Assembly: GCA_040901985.1 (NCBI GenBank)
Contig: JBBDYC010000016.1
Coordinates: 33,112-61,014, forward strand
Direction of reading: 5' to 3'
Length of the DNA stretch: 27,903 bases
Origin: Gemmatimonadaceae bacterium
Lineage (GTDB): Bacteria; Gemmatimonadota; Gemmatimonadetes; Gemmatimonadales; Gemmatimonadaceae
The notes beneath the pieces are model-generated. The model made no database searches. It had not been told where the DNA came from and saw only the letters and a list, made by a program, of their open reading frames with translations. Shown piece by piece: positions 1 through 8,106 of this stretch. Position numbers and translations under genes: made by a program. Each line of letters begins with the position of its first letter. Position 1 is the first letter of the stretch.

Positions 1-969
1 CCCCCCCCGCCCCCGTTCGCCGACCTGCGCGAGCGCGAGCGCGGCGCGCAGGCGCACCATCCACGCCGGGTCGGCGAGGAGCGGGGCAAGCACCGGCGCC
101 GCCCTGCCCGCCCCGAGCTCGCCGAGCGACGTCGCCGCCGCCGCCCGCACGCTCGGCGCGTGGTCACGCACCAGCACGGCGAGCGCGCGCGCCGACTCCG
201 GATCGGGGTGTCGGGCGAGCGTGCGGGCGACGGCGCGCCGCACCATCGCGTCCGGGTGGTCGGCGTGGGCGAGCGACGCCGTGATCGCCTCCGGGGCATC
301 GAGCGCGCCGGCGAGCGCCACCTGCGCCGCGAGCTCGACCGCCTCGTCCGTCACGCGGATCCGCCGCGCGAGTGCCGGCCCGATGGCGCCCGGCGTCGCC
401 CGCAGCACGGTCGTGAGATAGTGGCGCAGCACCTTCGGATAGGTGAAGAGGCCGTCGAGGACCTCGTCGAGCAGCACCGGGTCGGCCACGCGCGGCAACG
501 CCGACGCCGCCGCGATCTGCACCGCCGGGTGTTCGTCGCGCAGCAGCCGCGACACGGCATCCCGGTCGTCGCCGGTGCCGACGATCGAGAGTGCCCGCGC
601 CGCCTCGAGCCGGCGCCACCAGAAGCGCGAGTCGCGCTGCCCTACCGCGCGCCTCACCCACGTCTCGCCTCGGAGGGCCTCCGCCAGTTCGTCGCGCTGC
701 GCGGCCGGAATCGTCTGCCGCGCGAGCAGCGACACGTACCCAATCGCCGTCGTGCGCGGCAGCGCCCGCAACGCGCGCACCACCGGGTCGGCGTGCGCGC
801 CGGCGACGATCCAGTTCCGCAACGGCACGTCAAGCGCCGCCCGCGCGGCCCGGAAGGCGGCGCGCTGGGTGCGGTCGTAGCGCCGGCGAATCGTCAGGAA
901 GAGGACGAGCAGGAGGATGAAGCCGGCCTGGACGATCGCAATCACCGCGAAGACCCAGGCGGCGATCAC
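1..969 (-). CDS. Membrane-anchored HEAT-repeat (PBS lyase-like) protein, 3' end truncated by the window edge
   Basis: Absent from the ORF track because it has no stop in the window. Manual translation from GTG at 969 (GTGA overlap with the stop of the upstream regulator) gives MIAAWVFAVIAIVQAGFILLLVLFLTIRRRY (TM helix), then HEAT-like units: WWRRLEAARALSIVG, LLRDEHPAVQIAAASAL, DHPDAMVRRAVARTL, VRDHAPSVRAAAATSLGELG, LLADPAWMVRLRAALALAQVG. The frame stays open to position 1. Confidence 0.85.
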   Translation of the reverse strand, partial: MIAAWVFAVIAIVQAGFILLLVLFLTIRRRYDRTQRAAFRAARAALDVPLRNWIVAGAHADPVVRALRALPRTTAIGYVSLLARQTIPAAQRDELAEALRGETWVRRAVGQRDSRFWWRRLEAARALSIVGTGDDRDAVSRLLRDEHPAVQIAAASALPRVADPVLLDEVLDGLFTYPKVLRHYLTTVLRATPGAIGPALARRIRVTDEAVELAAQVALAGALDAPEAITASLAHADHPDAMVRRAVARTLARHPDPESARALAVLVRDHAPSVRAAAATSLGELGAGRAAPVLAPLLADPAWMVRLRAALALAQVGERGRGG

Positions 970-2873
970 GGGGTCGGCCCCAACGCGCGCCAGCTCACGA
1001 TCTTGGCCATCAGCACGCGCAGGCTGAGCGGCTTGGCGAGGTAGTCGAGCGCGCCGGCGCGTAACGCACGCAGCTGATCCGCCTCGCTCGCGTGCACCGA
1101 CATGAACACCGTGCGGAAGACCCCCGCGCGCTCCACGCGCAGCTGCTCGTGGAGCGAGAAGCCGTCGAGGCCCGGCAGGTCCACGTCGAGGAGGATGAGC
1201 GGCGAGCGGCCGTGCACACGCATCGCCCGCAGCCCATCGAGCGCCGCCGGGCCCGTGGAATAGACGATGTAGGTCAGGCCGCGCGCCGCAAGCGCGAAGC
1301 TGATCAGGTCGGCGAGCGCCGAGTCGTCCTCGACGACGACCACATCGGGGGCGATCCCAGCGTCCCGCTCGTGCCACCAGTGCACGAGCTCCCCCCCGTC
1401 GCGCGCCGAGATCCACGCCTCCTCGGCGAGGTGGGCCAGCCGCCGTGTGCTCGGGTCCGCGCCCGGCCGCAGCGCCGCGATCCCGGCGATCCACGGCTGG
1501 TGACCCGCGTGCGACTCGGCGGCAAACGCCTCAAGTTGCGCGACGGCCCGCTGGGGCTCGCCAGGCACCAGCAGCATCGCCGCACACTCGTCGCGAAATC
1601 CTGCCGCGACGCCGTCCGCAGCGAGCGCCTGCGTGACCCGGCGGAGCTCGCGGTGCCAGAGCGCCGAGCGCTGGGCTCCGTCCGGCGGCTCCAGCGGCCG
1701 GAGCAGCGCCACCGCCATCGGCTCGGCTACCGCAGCGGCGGCGCCGAGCCGCTCGTCGAACGCGCGCAGCGCACGGTCGGGGAGCCAGATCCCCGTGCCC
1801 GGATGCACCCCGCGCGAGAGCTGGCGCTGGCGGGCGAGGTCGAGCAGGCGAGAGACCCGGCGCAGCAGCTCCTCGGCGACCACCGGCTTCGACTGGAAGT
1901 CGTCGGCGCCCGCGACAAAGGCCGCGGTGCGGGTATCCACGTCGGTCGAGGCGGAGACGAGGACTATCGGCAGGTCCTCGTAGTGTGCATCGCTCCGCAG
2001 CTCGCGCGTCGCCACCAGGCCGTTGACGCCCGGCAGCCCGATGTCGAGGAGGAGGAGGGCCGGCTGGACCGCGTCAATCGTTGCCTTGAGATCGCGCGCG
2101 TCACCACGCGTCTCGACGAACATCCCCTGCCGCTCACCGAGCGCGCGCAGGAGGTCCGACATCGCCGGATCGTCCTCGACGACGAGCAGCGTCAGGCCGA
2201 CGAGACCGGTCCGCGTGGCGAGCGACTCGGCCATCAGCAGGACTTCCTGCGGGTCGGAGTTGATGTCGAGCACCCGCGCGCCGAGGTTGGAGGCGACCGC
2301 CACGCCGGTAGTGCGGAGTTGGATCAGCGGCACCCCCTCCGGCAACGAAAGCGAGACGTGCGCGCCCGCCACCACGATCGTCGGCGCCGACGATTCCAGG
2401 ACCTCGACCAGGGCGCCGGCCGACGCCTGCTCCACGTGGTAGCCGCGGTGCATCGCCTCGGCGACAAGCCCCGACGCCGCCTCGTCGGGCACCTCGACCA
2501 GCAGCACCCGGTGCAGCGACGTGTCGGGCGCCGAGACCGACGGCGCGTGCAGCGCCGCGCCGAGCCCGCGCACGAACTGCCGGACGATCGGCGCGCGGCG
2601 CGATCGGTCCAACTGGGGATTGGCGGCCCATTTGACCGCCAGCGGCTCGAGGGCGCCCGCCAACCGGCTCGCTGCCTGAAAGCCGTAGCTTCCCGCGGTG
2701 CCGTGCACGCGGTGCAGTTCCCGGCGCAGCGTCTCCACGACCTCCGGCGCCGCGGGCGTTTCGTGCAACTGCTCGGCGAGCTGCGCGAAGGCGGCGATCG
2801 TGTTGCCGCTCGAGGCCAGGTAGCGCTCGCGCAGCTTCGCGAGAACGTCCTTCAGGTCTCCGGGTTCCGGCAT
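966..2873 (-). CDS. Multi-domain response regulator: Hpt - degenerate REC - REC - degenerate GGDEF-like - REC
   Basis: Hpt motif RELHRVHGTAGSYGF. Two intact receivers: LLVVEDD...LLLDIGLPGVNG...VSAS...DDFQSKP and VVVEDD...ILLDVDLPGLDG...FMS...DYLAKP. The middle segment has GGDEF-fold landmarks (HPGTGIW, PWIAGIAAL, LAEEAWISARDGG) but no GGDEF motif. Confidence 0.85.
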   Translation of the reverse strand: MPEPGDLKDVLAKLRERYLASSGNTIAAFAQLAEQLHETPAAPEVVETLRRELHRVHGTAGSYGFQAASRLAGALEPLAVKWAANPQLDRSRRAPIVRQFVRGLGAALHAPSVSAPDTSLHRVLLVEVPDEAASGLVAEAMHRGYHVEQASAGALVEVLESSAPTIVVAGAHVSLSLPEGVPLIQLRTTGVAVASNLGARVLDINSDPQEVLLMAESLATRTGLVGLTLLVVEDDPAMSDLLRALGERQGMFVETRGDARDLKATIDAVQPALLLLDIGLPGVNGLVATRELRSDAHYEDLPIVLVSASTDVDTRTAAFVAGADDFQSKPVVAEELLRRVSRLLDLARQRQLSRGVHPGTGIWLPDRALRAFDERLGAAAAVAEPMAVALLRPLEPPDGAQRSALWHRELRRVTQALAADGVAAGFRDECAAMLLVPGEPQRAVAQLEAFAAESHAGHQPWIAGIAALRPGADPSTRRLAHLAEEAWISARDGGELVHWWHERDAGIAPDVVVVEDDSALADLISFALAARGLTYIVYSTGPAALDGLRAMRVHGRSPLILLDVDLPGLDGFSLHEQLRVERAGVFRTVFMSVHASEADQLRALRAGALDYLAKPLSLRVLMAKIVSWRALGPTP

Positions 2874-2995
2874 TCGGGGGCGATCGAGGAAGGCTGCGGC
2901 CGAGGAGCCGCGCCGTACCTAATGATCGCGTCCGTCCCCTCGTCCCGACAGCCCGCGTTGCGCCGCCGCGCGTCCAGCGGCCACATTTTCCCCCT

Positions 2996-3361
2996 ATGCG
3001 ACTCCTCTGCGCCGACGACGAACCCGACATCCGCACGATCCTCGAGCTGGCGCTCGGCCTGGAGCCGAGCATCGAGGCCGAGGTCGTGCCGTCGGGGGCC
3101 GCGCTCCTCGAGCGGGCCCGGGAGGCGCCGCCCGACGCGATCCTGCTCGACGCAATGATGCCCGAACTCGACGGCTACGAGACCTGCCGCCGACTGAAGG
3201 CCGACCCAGCCACCGCGGCCATCCCGGTGGTCTTCCTCACCGCGCGCGCACAGAGCGGCGAGCGCGACGCGGCGCTCGAGGTCGGGGCAATCGCCTGCCT
3301 GACGAAGCCGTTCGATCCGCTGACCATCGCGGGGGAGCTGCTCGTCGTCCTCGGCCGCTGA
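2996..3361 (+). CDS. Single-domain CheY-like response regulator
   Basis: LLCADDEPDIR...PDAILLDAMMPELDG...IPVVFLTA...CLTKPFD: all receiver catalytic residues are present in 121 aa. Confidence 0.95.
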   Translation: MRLLCADDEPDIRTILELALGLEPSIEAEVVPSGAALLERAREAPPDAILLDAMMPELDGYETCRRLKADPATAAIPVVFLTARAQSGERDAALEVGAIACLTKPFDPLTIAGELLVVLGR

Positions 3362-3367
3362 GGGACG

Positions 3368-4894
3368 CTAGAAGGTCCAGCGGCCAGTGAGCGTCGCCGC
3401 GCGATAGCGATAGTCGTCCGCGGTGACCGTCCCCGCGCCGGCCACCGAGGCGTGGACGAATCCGGCGACAATCTCACGTCCAGGGCGCGGCCTCCACCCG
3501 ACCTGCACGGCCACGCGAGGCGCGCGGCTGCTCGACGTGGGATCGCCCTCGAACCGGACCAGCTGTGCACCCAGCCCCGCCTCGGCGGTGGCAACGAGCC
3601 CGAGGTCGCGCGGCCGCACCCAACGCACGCTCCCCTCGGTGAGCGCAAAGCGCTGCGGCGCGAAGAAGACGCCGAACTGCGGGTCGTCCCACGCCACCTC
3701 ACGGTGGGTCACGGCAAGCTGGAGGCCCGGCGCCAAAGTCCAGCGGGCCGCGCCCAGCGCGGTGGTGCGTTTGTCGCCTAGCGCGCGACCGCTGACCTCG
3801 CCGTGGCTCGCCGCGACGCCGAGCGAGAGCTGCGGATGCACGACGAAGCCGAGCTCCGCGTCAGCCGTCGTGAGCATCAGCGCGCGGTCCACCGTGGACG
3901 CGAGGTCGTCGAACGGCTCACGCCCCGCGCCGCCGCCGACCGTGAGCCGCGGCCCGAGCCGTCCGCTCGCACGTCCGCCGATGCGGAGGTGGCCGGACGC
4001 GGCACCCGCCCCCGCCGGGAACTGCACGACACCGAGTTCACCGCGCAACGTCCAGCGCCCCTCGCCCGGCTGCCATTGGACCACCCCGTGCGCTCCCGGA
4101 ACGACTACGGCGCTGCCGACGGAGCCCGTGGCCACCTGCTTCCCGCGCAGCGTGCCGGTAATGCGATGATTGCCGCGCGTCAGCATCGCGCCGCTCACCT
4201 CGAGATGATGGAGCGTATTGCGCTCCGAATCGCGCGCCCAGACGATCCCAAACGACGACGACGGCCGGACGTCTGCGCGCACCCAGGCCGCCTGCTCGCG
4301 CGCATCGCGGTCGTCGGGAGCGAGCGCGAGCGCGCGCGCAAGCGCCTCCTCGGCGGCGACGAAGCGTCCCCTCCACCGCAGCACCTGCCCGAGCCCCGTC
4401 CACGCCTCGGCGTCGTCCGGATGGTCGTGCGTGATGCGTCGCCACCGGTCCTCGGCGGGGCCGAGGTCGCCGCGCCAGGCCAAGACCCGCGCCTCCCCCT
4501 TCGCGGCCTCGCGCGTTGCGCCGCCCCCGGCGAGCGAGGCGTAGAGCGCCAGCGCGTCGTCGTAGCGACCCGACCAGGCCAGCGTGCGCGCGATGGCGAG
4601 CTGCCCATCGAGATCGTCCGGGACGAGACGCACGTAGAGCCGATGGCAGGCGAGCGCGGCGCGGTAGCGGCCGCGCCACGCGTGCAGCGTCCCAAGCCGG
4701 AAGAGGGCCCGCGTGGAGTAGGCGGAGTCGGCGCGCACCACCGCGTTGTACGCCGCGAACGCGCTGGGATGATCCTCCCGCGCCCACGCCGCGTCGCCTG
4801 CGCTCAGGCGCGCCTCAAGGTCCGCGCGCGCGGGATCCTGCGCGGCGGCGGTGCTCGACCAGAGTAGCAGTCCCAGCACCGCCCCGCGCGCCAT
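3368..4894 (-). CDS. Signal peptide + TPR repeats + C-terminal outer-membrane beta-barrel (PgaA/BcsC/YaiO-like export porin)
   Basis: Start reassigned to ATG 4894 (TGATG overlap with the DUF2911 stop), giving 508 aa. Signal peptide MARGAVLGLLLWSSTAAAQ. TPRs carry repeated L(H/A/R)W-x-G motifs (HAWRGRY, LAWSGRY, LAWRGDL, LRWRGRF). Amphipathic strands, GVFFAP motif and terminal aromatic beta-signal GRWTF follow. Confidence 0.75.
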   Translation of the reverse strand: MARGAVLGLLLWSSTAAAQDPARADLEARLSAGDAAWAREDHPSAFAAYNAVVRADSAYSTRALFRLGTLHAWRGRYRAALACHRLYVRLVPDDLDGQLAIARTLAWSGRYDDALALYASLAGGGATREAAKGEARVLAWRGDLGPAEDRWRRITHDHPDDAEAWTGLGQVLRWRGRFVAAEEALARALALAPDDRDAREQAAWVRADVRPSSSFGIVWARDSERNTLHHLEVSGAMLTRGNHRITGTLRGKQVATGSVGSAVVVPGAHGVVQWQPGEGRWTLRGELGVVQFPAGAGAASGHLRIGGRASGRLGPRLTVGGGAGREPFDDLASTVDRALMLTTADAELGFVVHPQLSLGVAASHGEVSGRALGDKRTTALGAARWTLAPGLQLAVTHREVAWDDPQFGVFFAPQRFALTEGSVRWVRPRDLGLVATAEAGLGAQLVRFEGDPTSSSRAPRVAVQVGWRPRPGREIVAGFVHASVAGAGTVTADDYRYRAATLTGRWTF

Positions 4895-5460
4895 CACTTC
4901 GCCGACCAGTCCGTCGTCAGCTCGAGTGTGCCCCACGAGATGGACAGCACGCCCCCCGCCGGGCCCTCGGCCGCCGGCACGAAGGCGATCTGCAGCGATT
5001 CCAGCGGCTCGGCGCGCGTCCGCGCCCGCAGCGGCACGCGCACGAGGTCCTTGGTGGCGTCGTACTGCGTGCCCCACTGTCCCGTGTTCTGGTTGATGAT
5101 GAGGAAGTACCGGCCGCCGTCCCGGATGGTGTAGATCGAGTACGCGCCCTTCGGCACATCCGCGCCGCCGATCACGAGGTTCGCTTCGGTCGTGAGCGTG
5201 GTGGACGCGTTGGCGCCGGTGCGCCAGATCGTCCCGTCGGCGGCCAGCTCGGTGGGGACCGCACGCCCGCGGACGTGCGGCTGGCCGTAGTCGAGCCTGA
5301 TCGTGAGCGCGGTCGGCGCCGGCTGGCCCTGCACGCGCGGCGGGTTGAGGGTCACGACCGTCGTCGCCCGCGTGCTGGCGGCGGCGGTCAGCGGGCCCTG
5401 TTGGGCGGCGAGCGGGGTGGCGGCGAGGAGGGTCGCGGCAACAACGAAAAGACGGCGCAT
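4894..5460 (-). CDS. DUF2911 domain secreted protein
   Basis: Start at ATG 5460 (GAGGA Shine-Dalgarno upstream). Signal peptide MRRLFVVAATLLAATPLAAQ. Family motifs YGQPHVRGR, WRTGANAST, GAYSIYTI, QWGTQYD...DLVRV, ISWGT. Confidence 0.85.
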   Translation of the reverse strand: MRRLFVVAATLLAATPLAAQQGPLTAAASTRATTVVTLNPPRVQGQPAPTALTIRLDYGQPHVRGRAVPTELAADGTIWRTGANASTTLTTEANLVIGGADVPKGAYSIYTIRDGGRYFLIINQNTGQWGTQYDATKDLVRVPLRARTRAEPLESLQIAFVPAAEGPAGGVLSISWGTLELTTDWSAK

Positions 5461-5570
5461 CGGCAATGGTTCCTCTCTGAAGGACGTGCGGGTCCCCACT
5501 GGACCGCGCTCGCTGGTAAGATACCATCAGTCCGCCGCCCCCCGCAGTGCTTCCCGCCACCCCACGCCCC

Positions 5571-5999
5571 GTGGCCAGAGACTTCCCCGACCATCGCGAC
5601 GCCGACCTCGTCCTCCGGCTCTACGAACTCCGTCGCGAGCCCGTGATGCGCCAGTCGCGCGACGCCCTCAACCAGAAGTTCCTCCCCAAGTCGTTCGACG
5701 AGTTCGCCGCCGTCACCAAGACCGAGCACCCGCTGAATGCGGCGTACCGCCAGGTCGGGAGTTACTGGGAGCTGGCCTACGGGCTGATCAAGCACGGGGT
5801 GCTGAACCCCGACCTGGCGATGGAGAGCAATGGCGAGGGGATGATCCTGTTTGCGAAGGCGCATCCCTGGCTGGAGCGGATCCGGACCGACCTCAACCCG
5901 CGCGCGTTCCTGAACGCCGAATGGGTGGCCACCGAGACCGAGACGGGGAAGCGCGTCTTCGCGATCCACGCGGCGCGGGTGAAGAAACAGCGCGGATAG
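5571..5999 (+). CDS. DUF4760-like hypothetical protein
   Basis: Probable start GTG 5571 (ORF track start 5547). DADLVLRLYELRREPVMRQSR...YRQVGSYWE...GVLN resembles the DUF4760-type proteins I recall from Acidobacteria and Gemmatimonadota. Codon usage is coding-like. Confidence 0.6.
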   Translation: MARDFPDHRDADLVLRLYELRREPVMRQSRDALNQKFLPKSFDEFAAVTKTEHPLNAAYRQVGSYWELAYGLIKHGVLNPDLAMESNGEGMILFAKAHPWLERIRTDLNPRAFLNAEWVATETETGKRVFAIHAARVKKQRG

Positions 6000-6045
6000 C
6001 CGCGCGACGCGGACGGGGACGGCAGCGCGCGGCCCGCCTCTACGG

Positions 6046-7266
6046 TCAGGGCGCGCGGCCGTCGAGTCGCTCGATCGTTGCCGTGCTCGGCGGCCGCTCC
6101 CGCTGGAGCCGCGCCGCCACCTGCTCCGAGCGCTCAAAGGCGCGGAGCACGTTCTCCCCGGCGAGCTTCCGCAGGTCGGCATCGCTCCAGCCGCGCCGCG
6201 CCAGCTCGGCGAAGAGGCCCGGATAGCTCGCGACGTCCTCGAGCCCCTCCACCACCTCGTCAATGCCGTCGAAGTCGCCGCCGATCCCGACGTGGTCAAT
6301 GCCGGCGACGCGCCGGATATGCTCGATGTGCTCCACCACCTGGGCGATCGTCGCCCGTGGCGTCGGCATCGCGCGCTCGCCCTCCGGCCGGCGCGAGCGG
6401 TCCACCAGCTCCTGCGAGATGAAACCGGGCACGAAGGTCACCATCACCACGCCGCCGTTCCGCGGCAGGCGCGCCAGGATCGAGTCCGGCACATTGCGCG
6501 TGTGGCTGGCGACGGCAAAGGCGTTGGAGTGCGAGAAGATCACGGGCGCCTCGGTGACATCGAGCGCATCGCTCATCGTGCCCGGGGAGGTGTGCGAGAG
6601 GTCCACCAGCATCCCGAGGCGGTTCATCTCGCGCACGACTTCCCGGCCGAACGCGGTCAGCCCGCCGTGGCGCTGGCCGGATGGGTGCGCGTCGGCCCAG
6701 TCGAGATGCTGGTTGTGCGTCAGCGTCATATAGCGCACGCCCATCGCGTGGAAGGCGCGCAAGGCGCCGAGCGAGTTCTCGATCGCGTGGCCGCCCTCCA
6801 TCCCCATCACCGACCCGATCCGCCCGCGCGCAAACGCGCCGCGGAATCCGGCGGCGGTCGTCGTGAACTCGAACACCTCCGGGTACTTGGCGAACACGCG
6901 CAGCGCGATGTCAATCTGCTCGAGCTGCACCTTCGCGAATCCGAGGCGCGCGGTGGCCGTGTCGCCGGGGATGTAGACGGACCAGAACTGGCCGCCGAGC
7001 ATCCCCGAACGCAGCCGCGCGATGTCAGTGTGCCCCGTGGTGGTCCGGCGGAGGTCGTACGCCTCCACGTCGTGCGGTGCGGCGGCGAAGTTCCGGATCG
7101 CCCACGGCAGGTCGTTGTGGCCGTCAATCAACGGCGCGGCGCGGAGGACCGCGTGGGCGCGGGCCAGGTTGGGGTCGGCCGGGCCCGTCGTGGCCGGGGG
7201 CTGCGCGCAGCCGACGACGGGAGCCGTCAGCAGCGCGGCCGCGAGGAGGTAGGTGGAGTGTCGCAT
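6046..7266 (-). CDS. Membrane dipeptidase (peptidase M19), probable lipoprotein
   Basis: IDGHNDLP, GGQFWSVY, MEGGHAI, YMTLTH, VDLSH, FSHS, HVGIGGDFDG motifs. Lipobox VVG-C follows a hydrophobic stretch. Confidence 0.93.
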   Translation of the reverse strand: MRHSTYLLAAALLTAPVVGCAQPPATTGPADPNLARAHAVLRAAPLIDGHNDLPWAIRNFAAAPHDVEAYDLRRTTTGHTDIARLRSGMLGGQFWSVYIPGDTATARLGFAKVQLEQIDIALRVFAKYPEVFEFTTTAAGFRGAFARGRIGSVMGMEGGHAIENSLGALRAFHAMGVRYMTLTHNQHLDWADAHPSGQRHGGLTAFGREVVREMNRLGMLVDLSHTSPGTMSDALDVTEAPVIFSHSNAFAVASHTRNVPDSILARLPRNGGVVMVTFVPGFISQELVDRSRRPEGERAMPTPRATIAQVVEHIEHIRRVAGIDHVGIGGDFDGIDEVVEGLEDVASYPGLFAELARRGWSDADLRKLAGENVLRAFERSEQVAARLQRERPPSTATIERLDGRAP

Positions 7267-7275
7267 CCCGTGAAT

Positions 7276-8076
7276 CTACACCGCCCCGAGCGTGATGCTC
7301 ACCGGGCAGTGGTCGCTGCCCATCACGTCAACGTGGATGTCCGCGGCCTTCACCGCCTTCCGCAGCACCGACGACACGAGCACATAGTCAATGCGCCACC
7401 CGACGTTCCGCGCGCGCGAGTTCGCGAAACGACTCCACCAGGTGTAGTGGCCGTTGCCCTGCCGAAAGATCCGTAGCGTGTCCACGAATCCCGCGTCAAT
7501 GAACGCCTGGAATCCCTGCCGCTCCTCGACGGTGAACCCCTTCCTGCCGACGTTCGGCTTGGGGTTGGCCAGGTCCAGCTCGGTGTGCGCGACGTTGAGG
7601 TCGCCGCAGAAGATGACCGGCTTTCTCCTCTCCAGTTGCTTGCAGTGCGCCAGGAACGCCGGGTCCCAATGCTTGCGTCGCAGCGGCAGGCGGCTCAGGT
7701 CGTCCTTGGCGTTCGGCGTGTACACGGTCACCACATGGAACTTCTTGAACTCCGCCGTGATGACGCGGCCTTCGTCGGCGCTGTCGCGTCTCTCGCTGTC
7801 GGTGAATCTGTAGCGCCGTGCCAAGGCCTTCGGAAAGTCGTTCGTGACCGACAGCGGCTCCGTCCGACTGAAGATCGCCGTGCCCGAATAGCCCTTCTTG
7901 GCGGCCGAGTTCCAGTACTCGTGATAGTCGGGCAGGTCAATCTCCACCTGCTCGCGCTCCGCCTTCGTCTCCTGGAGGCACAGGATGTCGGGCCGGTGCT
8001 TGGCGATGAACGACTGGAACTGGCCCTTCTTCAGCACCGCGCGAAGGCCGTTCACGTTCCAGGAGTAGATCTTCAT
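7276..8076 (-). CDS. xth: Exodeoxyribonuclease III / ExoA-type AP endonuclease
   Basis: SWNVNG, LCLQETK, GYSGTA, EGR, VYTPN, CGDLNVAH, YTWWS, GWRIDY, GSDHCP motifs. Confidence 0.96.
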   Translation of the reverse strand: MKIYSWNVNGLRAVLKKGQFQSFIAKHRPDILCLQETKAEREQVEIDLPDYHEYWNSAAKKGYSGTAIFSRTEPLSVTNDFPKALARRYRFTDSERRDSADEGRVITAEFKKFHVVTVYTPNAKDDLSRLPLRRKHWDPAFLAHCKQLERRKPVIFCGDLNVAHTELDLANPKPNVGRKGFTVEERQGFQAFIDAGFVDTLRIFRQGNGHYTWWSRFANSRARNVGWRIDYVLVSSVLRKAVKAADIHVDVMGSDHCPVSITLGAV

Positions 8077-8106
8077 TGGCGGGAAGGTAACGCGCCTCCC
8101 TCCCCG

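Noticed and set aside
4895..5560. N-terminal ~220 aa of the 730-aa ORF 3368-5560
   Set aside because: It overlaps the DUF2911 gene in another frame. The real protein starts at the signal peptide at 4894.
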